64,000 bases of DNA from Saprolegnia diclina VS20. Its lineage: Eukaryota. Below the pieces are notes generated by a model. The model saw only the letters and a program-made list of their open reading frames with translations. It did no database searches and was not told where the DNA came from. Location of the stretch: positions 137,538 through 201,537 of the forward strand of contig NW_008246084.1 of assembly GCF_000281045.1 (NCBI RefSeq), read 5' to 3'. Of this stretch, positions 35,510 to 48,646 are shown one piece after another. Both the position numbers and the translations under genes were made by a program. How positions within the stretch are numbered: position 1 is the first letter of the stretch; each line of letters starts with the position of its first letter.

Positions 35510-35949
35510 ATGGGCAACTCGAACTCGTCGACCCCCGAATCCAAGTCGTTTGTCGAGAATGCGCTCGCTACGAACGGCGTCAGCGTCTTCAGCAAGACGT
35601 ACTGCCCTTACTGCACCAAGGTACGTCCCGCTAGCATCGATCGCCAAGGGCTAAACCCCATGAATAGGCCAAGAACGTCCTCAACTCGGTCGGCGTCCCG
35701 TTCACCGTGTACGAGCTCGATACGATGCCCAATGGCGACGCCATCTTGCAGTCGCTGGCCGAGATAACTGGTGCGCATTCGTCCTCCGGTGCCAAGCATT
35801 GCACTCAACGGCGAGAGTACGTAGGTCGCCACACCGTTCCCAATGTCTTTATCAAGACCAAGACGATTGGCGGCGGCGACGACGTGGCCCAGCTCCACCG
35901 CGACGGCAAGCTCGTGACGCTCCTCAAGGAAGCCGGCGTCTTGCAGTAG
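35510..35949 (+). CDS. Dithiol glutaredoxin (CPYC) with MGNSNS N-terminus, introns 35621-35667 and 35771-35824
   Basis: VFSKTYCPYCTK/AK..., TVPNVF and IGGGDD; divergent paralog of 34721-35130. Confidence 0.93.
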
Positions 35950-36015
35950 ACTCATTGTACGAGGTTTCCTTGGCACGCCTCACCCACGCATAAAGAAATT
36001 GCAAGTATAGAATAG

Positions 36016-37834
36016 TTATAGCGCGTTATAGACCTCGGCAGACGTATTGGACGTGTGCATGCCCTTGTGCGCAACGATCGCAAGGGCGCCAAAGACCAGC
36101 GTCATACCGCCGAGGAAGATGGCGAGGACCGTAAAGATGATGGTTGGTGCCTGCGGCAGGTTGGGAATCACACTGCACTTGTCGTTGTCCTTGACGGCGC
36201 ACGTCGAGCCGCCCCAGCAGCCGCTGCAGACGCAGCGACCTGCAGTCGCCGAGAGTGCAACGCAGCTACCGTGCTTGCACGTGCTGTCGCCCGGCGTACA
36301 GAGGCTCCCACCGCTCTCGACCACGAGCGGCTTTCCGCAAATGTCCTCTTGGGTTGTGCCCACCTTGTCTTGCAAGACGACTTCGCACGACGCACCATTC
36401 TTATCACAAGGTCGCCCTTGCCGCGATGACGTGATCCACGTGTCGAACGACCGGAGCTTGAGCGTGGGGTTGTTACACGATGGCATCCATGTCGCCGCCA
36501 CCGCCGCCGGTGCCGTGGGCACCGTCGTCAGCGTCGGTGCAAACGAGCAGACGTCCGCGGGCGCAAATTCCGCTGGCGCCACCAGCGCCACCGCCTTCTT
36601 GTACTGGAGCAGCAGAGTGGCGTAGTCGGGCGTCGGCGTTGTGCCTGGCTTGGTCGTGATGCCCGTGTCGGCCGCACCTGTATCAAGTTAGTATCAACTG
36701 TTTCTCGTGCGTTTGTACCAATAAAGAGCGGGAATATACTGCCGCGCGGCAGCGACGCTTCCCCAAACGCGTACGCAAAGCCACCCGAGTACGCATCGGT
36801 CCAGCCTTTGGACGTCACCGCGTCGGAGAAGAGGGTAGGGACCATCTCCCATGTCCGCGGCCGCGCTGTCGCGCAGCCAAATTCGCCGATCGCCAAGACG
36901 ATCGGGACGCCTTGCGCGAGGTCGAGCAGCTCTTGGTAGGCCGACTTGAAGTCGTTCTTGTTGCACCACCGGTACTCGTTGATCATGTACATGTCGATGC
37001 TCTTGGTCATGACACCGTGGACCATCGTGTCGCCGCAGAGAAGCCCCTGGATCTTGATCGCGTGGTACGCTGTCGCCGAGAGGACTTGCTTCTGCACGCC
37101 GTTCACGAGCTCCGTGTACGCGCCATCCGCCGCCGAATACGCCAAAGGAATCGTGCGCAGCTTCTTGACGTTGACGCCCATCCAGTCTTTGAGGTCCGCT
37201 GCGTACATTTTGACGCACGCCGCGGCCGTGAGGTCGAGCTGCAGCACTTCATTGCCAATGACGATCGCCAGCGTATTGTCATACTGTGCAAAGTTCTCGA
37301 TGATCTACATGTTGTCGTCACGTCACTAGGTTGATACCATCCAATGACACGTACGCGCTTGCCATAGTAGAGCAAGTAGGTCGGGTAGCAGCTCTTCGTG
37401 TTGGCCGCCAAGGGCTTGACAATGTGGTCGATGCTCGTGTAGGAGGACTCGCCGTTGACGGTCCGGTCCATGGTCTGCGTTGCATACGAGTCGTAGTACT
37501 TGTTGTTGGTCGGCGACGCTGATGGGAGCACGTAGATACCCCGGGTGTTCATGTGCGCCATGAACTTGGCGTACGACTTGTCCGGGTTGATGTTGTACAG
37601 GCGAAATGTGTTGAAGTGCCCGAAAAGGTCCTTGAGCGACGTCTCGAGTGTGCTGTGCACAAACTCGTCGTAGTGGTCGTCGCTCACGTCGCCCTCGTAC
37701 GTCATGCCCCGCATGACGAAGCGGGTGCCAGTCCGCGCGTTGTAGAGGCGGTTGCCGCGCGCAACGATCGGGTCGAGCGCAGCGGCGCCAAGCACGCCGA
37801 GCAGCAACATGACTACGACAAGCCTCTCGCGCAT
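36016..37834 (-). CDS. GH72 beta-1,3-glucanosyltransferase with C-terminal Cys-rich/EGF-like region and TM anchor (2 introns)
   Basis: Signal peptide; LDPIVARGNRLY...F.MRG.TY; NTFRLY; catalytic-type IGNEV and GEFGC...RTW; YSGGFAY; CKHGSC...CVCSGCWGGSTC; TM IIFTVLAIFLGGMTLVFGALAI. Confidence 0.85.
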
Positions 37835-38611
37835 GGAATTTGGGTGCTGGACGCAATGTCAAAATGATAGCAAATACGATCGAAATGGACTGTGGGATTC
37901 GGACGACATCCGGTGAGGAGCATAACGGCCTGCGCAAAACCGCAGATGAGCTGAGCTCGCAGATGGCGCCGGACACGCGCGACAAGCAATGGTCGATCGC
38001 TCCTAGCTCAAGGTGTTGCTGGACCTTGGTTGCGGGCCGGGTCCACACCTTGTCGAGAGACGCCATAGAGGGACACTACAGAATGTGTCGTCAATAAACG
38101 TGGCAACGACCCGCGTAGAAATTTGGAGCGCGCGTCGTGGGGGTCGAAAGGACAGGTGGTGACGACGTCTACGCCGAACCAGCCTGCGACGTGGACACGG
38201 TCCCCGATGTTCTCAGAGCTCATTCGCTTGGTGCCAATGGACCGCGGTCCTTGAGAGTGCTCGCCGCACAACGCAACAATGTTGTACTAACTAACTACAT
38301 GCTTGCAGAGACTACACCGGTGGACATGATGGTTTGACTTTGTTTGCATTGTCTTGGCGAGTTGGCGCTGCCCAGCGACTAGAAGTAAATCGTGCTCTCC
38401 AAGGGAACTCTGGAAAGAACCGACTTTTTGTCATGAAAATGGCGCGAAATCACAATATCCGGATATCCGGATATGGACTGTCAATCAATCGTGGCAGCCT
38501 ACACGATTAACTAAAGACTCGAGAAGCAAAAGATGTATCACAAGTATAAGCCAAGATTTCATATTGGTGCAAGCATGCATGTACTAGTGGAGTGCAATAT
38601 CAACAAGCAGC

Positions 38612-39910
38612 TTAGAACAAGTCGGCCATGCGCTGCCACAATGTGCGCTTGGTGGCGGTCCCCGGGACCTCCTTGTCCTTTGGCAGCGCGCACTGCATGG
38701 CACCTTTGTTCGTTGGCGGGTACGGAATGCGATGGCGGGGCGTGACGAGAGACCCCCACCACGTTGCATTGGTCTTGACCGACGCCATCTTGGTGGCCAG
38801 CCCCCGGACGACGTCGGGTGTTACGACGCCGTTGCTTGTCGCTTGGTAAAACTGCACTGTGACGCGGACTGGGAACCGCGTGTCTCGCTGCACGTGGCTA
38901 AAGCGGCTCAGCTTGGGGTACGGGCCTTTGGCGTCGTCGCTGATGCTGATGATCGCGGCTTCCACATCCACCATTGACGGTGCGGCGGAACGTGCCATCC
39001 TCATTCGTGCGCCCGAGGAGTTCAACCTGTGGAGCGTGGAACTAGGTCGACGCATGGGCTTCGGCTTTTGTTGCAGCGGGATCTGGACAATCATGACGTA
39101 GTTGCGTGCTTCTTCGTCTGCCGTCATGGCGTCCTCGGCGGCGTCGACCCCTCGCTTGGCGCGGTCTTGGGACAAGCGCTCTGCCGCAAACGAGTGCTTC
39201 ATACCGTGATGGTTGCAAAAGAGGGCCGTGTCGCGCCGCCTCACGACTTGCGCACTACTCCGTTTCCCCCCGTTGACAAAGGTTCAGAGATGTCAATGTA
39301 CCTTGTGCCAGCGTCCGTGCAGACCAAGACGAGCACGGCCGGGTCATCCTCCCGCGACTGGTAGTTGAACAAGCCAACGTGGAACTCGGTCTTGGTCTCG
39401 GCCTCCTTCTCAATCGGCAAGAAACACGCTTGCGTGCTCACGACCGCTTGGTCGTCGTGCTCTGGTGCGTACAAGCTGTGCTCAAGCTCCGTGTACTTGG
39501 CGATCGTCTCGAGGTACTCTTGGAGCGAGATCTTGGTCAACGGTGCGTCCGTGTACGGCGACTCGTTCCCGACCGTCAGCATGATCTGGCGCGTCGGGAT
39601 GCTCATGATAGGATCTAGAAGACCACCATCAGTAAATAAGAAAATACAAATCAGAAAACATCTTGAAGCGCTTGATACCTTGAAAGTTGGGCGCCCGGAG
39701 CACGGGCATCCACGTGTCTTGGACGACGAGCGTCATGTCCGAGATGCACGGGCCCCAGCAACTGTTCTGAAAGCGGGCGCAGTCTTCCCACGAAATATAC
39801 GTGAGCTGCAAGCCCTCGCGTTGCGCCGCCGCCTGCACTTTGTCATCGTCGACCATGAGCGCGACGCTGTGCACCGCGTCACGAGGAGGAAGCGCAGTGT
39901 TGAATGCCAT
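38612..39910 (-). CDS. Uncharacterised conserved protein, copy B (inverted paralog of 29220-30451)
   Basis: It has the same motifs and intron positions as copy A. The central region is nearly nucleotide-identical to copy A. Confidence 0.85.
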
Positions 39911-40138
39911 TGTGGACTAAGCAAAACGAAATATGACGTTTGAGATTGCATTTCTTGGCTCGGCCGGAATGTGTGCGCTGCGTGAGTGCTGGTAATTTCA
40001 GAAACGAATCAAGTGGTTGTGACGTCCGTCGCTTGTCTTGAGTCACGCCTTGGTGCGTCGTCGCGACCCCAATTGCTAGGTACTAGTGCGACATCCCCGC
40101 TAGCCTCCATCCTCACTCAGCCAGACAGGATCGTCTTT
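39611..40138. repeat. 528-bp segment duplicated at 42530-43057
   Basis: The two segments read identically at a constant offset of 2919, and each abuts an N gap. Confidence 0.9.
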
Positions 40139-40238
40139 NNNNNNNNNNNNNNNNNNNNNNNNNNNNNNNNNNNNNNNNNNNNNNNNNNNNNNNNNNNNNN
40201 NNNNNNNNNNNNNNNNNNNNNNNNNNNNNNNNNNNNNN
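40139..40238. other. Assembly gap (N run)
   Basis: Run of n characters. Confidence 1.
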
Positions 40239-40326
40239 GCGCCGCCGCCTGCACTTTGTCATCGTCGACCATGAGCGCGACGCTGTGCACCGCGTCACTA
40301 GGAGGAAGCGCAGTGTTGGATGTCAT
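40239..40326 (-). CDS. 5' fragment of a third, slightly divergent copy/allele of the uncharacterised family (rest in gap)
   Basis: MTSNTALPPSDAVHSVALMVDDDKVQAAA versus MAFNTALPPRDAVHSVALMVDDDKVQAAA. Upstream homology extends to 40439. Confidence 0.75.
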
Positions 40327-40439
40327 TGTGGACTAAGCAAAACGAATTATGACGTTTGAGATTGCATTTCTGGGCTCGGCCGGAATGTGTGTGCTGGGTG
40401 AGTGTTGGTAATTTCAGAAAGGAATCAAGTGGTTGTGAC

Positions 40440-41729
40440 CAGACATGTGAATAAAATAATCTGGATATATTTGAATTTAAATTCCGACAAATAAATCCCG
40501 AAAAATCATTTATTTGCCGGCTCCGGCAAATACAAGTTATTTATTTTCGCGGCAAGTCGACCCAGGAAAAATTAATATTTATTGTCCAAATAAAACTCGA
40601 ATTGGTGAATTTGAAAAAGGGTCGACCCAGGTATCTATCATCGACCTATGAAATCAGCCGTGTCAGTCGAGTCGACGAAGCGGTCGACTCGACAGAGCGG
40701 TTGTGCGGATCCAGCAGTCTCGCCGACAGCACAGTCTTGACAGCACAGTCGAGTTGACAGTGCAGTCGTGTCAAAAGTGCTGATGGTCGACAGGTTAACC
40801 AACTCTTTGATGGACCTGCCAAAGGGACTCCATTCCCGTAATAAAATGTATTCCTTGTTTTGATACGATGCACGCACGCAAGCAACGCTCGTCCCGCACG
40901 TCGGCGCGGCAAAATTGACTGGTATGGAAATGAAGGACAAGTACTTTGACTTCATCGAGGAGGTGACCGTCCCGCATCCTAAGACGGGCGACAACCGTGT
41001 CGTGCACCGCTAGGAGTGTCGCAAGTGCAGGGTGATCAAGGTCGTCAACAAACATGCTGGCTACGAAAACCTCGAGTACCATGTCGTACGCCACCACGCC
41101 GTCGATGTAGTGACGCCGCAGTGACTCTAGATCACGACGGCGCCGGGCACCGGAGTCAAGAGGACGGCTACGATGACTCGATGTTGTTGGAATGAGTCTA
41201 TTGCGATATTTTTCCTACAGGTTTTTCTGCTTTGTTTACACGGTGCGTTGAGAGGCGGGCGTCTTTTGGCGAGAGTGCGTATTTTTGGTGATTTGTTGTG
41301 GGAGGTTTTCCTTCGAGGGTAAATGAGTAACGACGCCCGCTTTGCCAATCCCGAACGGGTTACGGCACGGCGGTTCTTCCGATTGGGTACACCGCGCAGA
41401 GGCAGGAGGTCGGCCAATTGAATTTGCATGCGCGCAGCTGGATTTGAACCCGCTATCCGTTCGAGCTCGAATTTATAGGCAACCCCGCGACGCGTGCACC
41501 TCGACCGACAAGGTCGGATCGTCGTATCCGCCGCTCGAGATACCGCAGCCGCCTACAAGCACCTGTGTGCCGTCTACGACCAAGTGCGCCGGCTCCACAA
41601 CATTCGTATCGACGTGCCGCTACCTCGCCCGGCAATGACGACGCACCCGTGCAGGAAGCTCGTCAAGGACGTCGTGCAACCCTTCCAGAACTGGCCCCGA
41701 CGCGACGTCCGCGACCTGGCCATGCACGC
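40440..41729 (+). mobile_element. Probable degenerate DNA transposon (hAT/BED-finger type), right end in gap
   Basis: Homology to the other copies breaks abruptly at 40440 (CAGACATG...). An AT-rich region follows, with hairpins (40511-40532, 40666-40693), direct repeats (gtcgacccagg x2, acagcacagtc x2) and a broken BED-finger ORF. Confidence 0.55.
40924..41124 (+). pseudogene. BED zinc-finger-like transposase N-terminal remnant with in-frame stop
   Basis: MEMKDKYFDF...HR*ECRKCRVIKVVNKHAGYENLEYHVVRHH shows a CxxC...GY.NL..H...H BED-like pattern. The in-frame TAG is at 41011-41013. Confidence 0.6.
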
Positions 41730-42529
41730 NNNNNNNNNNNNNNNNNNNNNNNNNNNNNNNNNNNNNNNNNNNNNNNNNNNNNNNNNNNNNNNNNNNNNNN
41801 NNNNNNNNNNNNNNNNNNNNNNNNNNNNNNNNNNNNNNNNNNNNNNNNNNNNNNNNNNNNNNNNNNNNNNNNNNNNNNNNNNNNNNNNNNNNNNNNNNNN
41901 NNNNNNNNNNNNNNNNNNNNNNNNNNNNNNNNNNNNNNNNNNNNNNNNNNNNNNNNNNNNNNNNNNNNNNNNNNNNNNNNNNNNNNNNNNNNNNNNNNNN
42001 NNNNNNNNNNNNNNNNNNNNNNNNNNNNNNNNNNNNNNNNNNNNNNNNNNNNNNNNNNNNNNNNNNNNNNNNNNNNNNNNNNNNNNNNNNNNNNNNNNNN
42101 NNNNNNNNNNNNNNNNNNNNNNNNNNNNNNNNNNNNNNNNNNNNNNNNNNNNNNNNNNNNNNNNNNNNNNNNNNNNNNNNNNNNNNNNNNNNNNNNNNNN
42201 NNNNNNNNNNNNNNNNNNNNNNNNNNNNNNNNNNNNNNNNNNNNNNNNNNNNNNNNNNNNNNNNNNNNNNNNNNNNNNNNNNNNNNNNNNNNNNNNNNNN
42301 NNNNNNNNNNNNNNNNNNNNNNNNNNNNNNNNNNNNNNNNNNNNNNNNNNNNNNNNNNNNNNNNNNNNNNNNNNNNNNNNNNNNNNNNNNNNNNNNNNNN
42401 NNNNNNNNNNNNNNNNNNNNNNNNNNNNNNNNNNNNNNNNNNNNNNNNNNNNNNNNNNNNNNNNNNNNNNNNNNNNNNNNNNNNNNNNNNNNNNNNNNNN
42501 NNNNNNNNNNNNNNNNNNNNNNNNNNNNN
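41730..42529. other. Assembly gap (N run)
   Basis: Run of n characters. Confidence 1.
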
Positions 42530-42829
42530 GGATCTAGAAGACCACCATCAGTAAATAAGAAAATACAAATCAGAAAACATCTTGAAGCGCTTGATACCTT
42601 GAAAGTTGGGCGCCCGGAGCACGGGCATCCACGTGTCTTGGACGACGAGCGTCATGTCCGAGATGCACGGGCCCCAGCAACTGTTCTGAAAGCGGGCGCA
42701 GTCTTCCCACGAAATATACGTGAGCTGCAAGCCCTCGCGTTGCGCCGCCGCCTGCACTTTGTCATCGTCGACCATGAGCGCGACGCTGTGCACCGCGTCA
42801 CGAGGAGGAAGCGCAGTGTTGAATGCCAT
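42530..42829 (-). CDS. Exon 1 + intron 1 of another copy of the uncharacterised family (identical to 39611-39910; possibly an assembly duplicate)
   Basis: The sequence is identical to the 5' end of copy B and is truncated by the gap. Confidence 0.6.
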
Positions 42830-43368
42830 TGTGGACTAAGCAAAACGAAATATGACGTTTGAGATTGCATTTCTTGGCTCGGCCGGAATGTGTGCGCTGC
42901 GTGAGTGCTGGTAATTTCAGAAACGAATCAAGTGGTTGTGACGTCCGTCGCTTGTCTTGAGTCACGCCTTGGTGCGTCGTCGCGACCCCAATTGCTAGGT
43001 ACTAGTGCGACATCCCCGCTAGCCTCCATCCTCACTCAGCCAGACAGGATCGTCTTTCGTAGTAGATAGTGGCAGAGTTTAAAGATGCACGGGACGAGAC
43101 ACGTCATGGATCTGTCATACAGTCGTACCGCGCGTCACCAAGGTCAGTTGTACTTGGTCGAGACTTTGACGTATGATGGCCGAAGTCCCAGTGAACCAGC
43201 ACCTCTCTGCTACGATGCTCAATACGGGCTCGGCGTCGCGTGTCGCGTTGTTGCCCTCCAGTTGGTGCGATGCTCTCGGACGTAGAAATCTAAAGTTGAC
43301 GCTGAAGTGGAGGTTTGTACACGGTTCTTTCTTTGAAAAAACAGCATTTACGTCGTCGTCTCACGCTT

Positions 43369-45391
43369 CTAGTCGATCTTGATGGACGAGTAGATCTTGC
43401 GGATGAACCAAAAGCAGGCAAAGTACCCGATCGTGCCCGTGAGGAAGAAGAACGTGAGCGAGATCATGCCCATGTAGCCAAAGTAGAGCAGCCCCGAGAC
43501 GAACGCGGTAATGTTGAGCTTCGAGAAGAAGTACAAGAACGAGTACAAAAACAAGTACAAGGCCGCGCTGCCCGACGTCAGGAACGAGCGCCACCACCAG
43601 TGGTAGTCCTCGGCGCAGAGCTGGAAGTAGCACATGACGATCGTCACTTCGGCGCACGTCGCGACGAGAATGAGCAGCACGAGGAAGAGGAAGCCAAACA
43701 CGTAGTAAATCTGGTGCAACCAGAGCGCCGACATGATGAAGAAGAGCTCGATAAAGACCGCGCCAAACGGGAGGATGCCGCCGACGATGATCGCAAACGG
43801 CGTCGAGAGGTACCAGACTTGCTCGGGAATCTGGCGCGCAATCTGGTTGGTCTTGACCGGGTGCTCGATCGCCGGGCGCTTGAAGCCAAAGTACGACCCG
43901 AGGCAGACCAGCGGCACAGAGATGCCAAACCAGAGCACGAGGAGCGCAAAGAGCGTGCCAAAGGGCACGGCCTGCGACGACGCCTTGGCCCAGAGCACCA
44001 AGTTGAGGAGGAAGAAGACACCAAAGAGGCAGCCCGGGTAAAAGACGGCCGTCGAGACCATCGTGCGCTTCCAGTCCTTGCCGTGAAACATCTTGTACGT
44101 CCGCGAGCTGTGGTAGCCGGCAAACGACCCCATAAAGACAAAGAGCAGCAAGAGCGTCGTGAGGAGCGACCCGCGGTTGGCCGGCGAGAGGAGGCCGAGG
44201 AGCGCAATCACCATCGTGGCCGCCGACATGCAGCAGACCTGGACGCCTGTGCCGACAAAGACCGAGAAGAGCATCGGCGAGTACGACGGCGGGCGAAACA
44301 CATCGGCGTGCACGAGCTTCCAGCCGCTTTCTTCCGCGGCTTCTTCCGACGTCTGGACTTCGTTGTAGCGCGCGATATCGCGGTGGAGCGTCCGGAGCAT
44401 GATCATGGCGATCATGCCCGTGAGGAAGAGCACAATCATGAGCGAGTTGATGATCGAAAACCAGTGAATCTGGTCGTTCGAGGCGCGGCTGGAGAGAATA
44501 CGGTCCCAGCGCTGCTCCCATGTGATGTCCGACTTGACGTACTGCACGTCGTACGTGTAGAGCACCGTCGACGGCGAGTTGGACTCAAGGTACGCGTGGT
44601 GGCCCTCGCTGACCTCGGCAATGTCGACAAACTTGCCACACGTGTCCTATGATAGCATGGTACATGAGTCGTTGGAAGATTCAAAGATGGAGGATCGGGC
44701 GTACCGACGTGAGCTCTTCGCCGCTCGATGGCGAGCCCTTGAAGAGGTGGTTGATGGATGTGGGCACGACCTCGAAGCCGACGACACGCCACTTGGGCGT
44801 CGCGGGCTCGGCGTACGGGTCCGGGTGCGTTAAGACGACGATGCGCACGTGGTTGTAAATGTAGTAGCGGCCTTGGGCGTCAATGTCGCCGAGCGGGAAG
44901 CCGCGCTTGTAGGCGGCCGAGAGCGGCGCGTTCGGGTCCTTGTTGATCGGCGCGGCCGCCTCGCCGTAGCTCGTGTCTTGGTAGAGCACCGGGAGGTTGT
45001 CGAGGATCCACTGCACGTAGTACTCGTCTTCGATCATGTCGATGAAGCGCTGCGTCTCTTCGGCCGTGTAGTGCATCGGCTTGCAAAGAATCTGGCAGCG
45101 CACGTCCTTGTGCATGTGCAGGCTGTACATCGAGTTCATGATGGCGTCGCCCGACATGATTTCGCCGAGGTTCTCTTGCTGCTCTTCCGGCGCGCTCGGC
45201 GCGCAGAACGGCAGGTAGTAGTACTCGTACGGCACGAGCGTCTTGACCGACGTGATCTTGTTGACGTTCAGAGGCAGGGCCGCGCCCTCCTCCCAGCTCT
45301 CGGGGGCCACGCCCGGCACGTAGAAGGCAGCATCCACGAGGCTGCTCGTCGCCAGAAGCGCGAGGCTCGCCAAGGACCTCAGCATGACCAT
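43369..45391 (-). CDS. Transmembrane-9 superfamily (EMP70/TM9SF2/4-type) protein (one intron, about 44647-44704)
   Basis: Signal peptide, FYVPGVAP, PYEYYYLPFC, ENLGE, QIHWFSIINS, EESGWKLVHADVFRPP, GGILPFGAVFIE and EDYHWWWRSF; ends KIYSSIKID*. Confidence 0.96.
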
Positions 45392-46187
45392 GGTCCGACT
45401 AGTGACGACGACTCTGGCAGTTTGCAACTAAGCTGTCGCTGTGGCCCTCCGTTATCCGGACGCCGGATAAACCTCTGAAAATGCATACTGGCGCCACCGA
45501 CCACCGCGTCTAGTTTGCCGACAGCCATCGGTCGCGGCGTCGGCACGCGACTTCTACTAGAGTACTCGCGTTGCGACTAAAGTACTAAAAGTACTCGAAT
45601 CCGACAGGGTACTACACGCCGATGGCGTTGCGGCGCAGTCCGCTGGACGGCAGTTGACGCAGAGATCCAGACAACCTGGCAGCTTGCCAAACTTTTCACT
45701 CCACCACGTGGCAGGTGTGGACACGCCGTCTCGTCGTAGTACCTAGTAGTCTTTGTACTATAACAAAAATGCGACGCGTCTTGGCTCATGTACGATGCAT
45801 ATACTTATGCATTGCTGGTGGAGGCACCATCGATGGCTTCAGAACGGTGTCGTTGCGGGTCGTCGCTACCTGTCGCCACGTAGTTGGCGCAAGTTTCAAT
45901 TGGGTGATTTTAGCCACGTCGGTCCGAGGCGTTTCGGCCACATCTCGGCCTGCGGTTTGGGTGGCGCAGTGCTCCAGATGCCACCGGACGGTACTATGCT
46001 CGCGCAAGCCGAGCCGTTGGCGCCATTTTTGCCAATTTTCATATGCATGCACGAGGGGTAGGCGACTTGAAGTATTGTCTGTTGGTGTGTCGCTGATGGT
46101 AACGGCCACACTCTACTACAAGCGGGAGGTTTCTAGTTGGGTGGTTTTAGCTGCTGGATCGCCCATATCGGTTTCGAGCAGAAAGAT

Positions 46188-48252
<2,065 letters not shown>

Positions 48253-48646
48253 CACCTCGTAGCGCAGTCTACTAGAGTGTTGACGGAACGGGTCCTGGGA
48301 CGTTGATATAACTGCATGGACTCTGACTGATTCTACTTTGATCGAGCTCGTCAAGTGCTGTCAACTCCATTGGGTTAGGGGTCGGGGTCACAGCTAGAGA
48401 CGTAAGCAAGCTTCAGGAGCCAGAGAGAGCACTGATGCCGCAGTGGACAATATTGTCTATCAGCAAAGATCTAGTTATCTCAAAGCTAGACTGTACGCAA
48501 GCAGGAGCGCTGGTTGTCGTCGGGCGACAGGACAAGCGGATGGTTCGGTTGGTGTTATCCGGATGAGAATCCGGATATGCTACGCGAGTGATGGTCCTGG
48601 TCCACGCGGATCTTTTCCATTTTCGAGCAAGCGGAAGGGCCGAAGG

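Noticed and set aside
41494..41729. Coding-like ORF running into the gap
   Set aside because: It is too short to assign. It is included only as part of the putative element.
45561..45615. Cluster of AGTACT palindromes upstream of TM9SF
   Set aside because: GTAC/CTAG-rich words are common in all intergenic DNA here, so it is not distinguishable from background.
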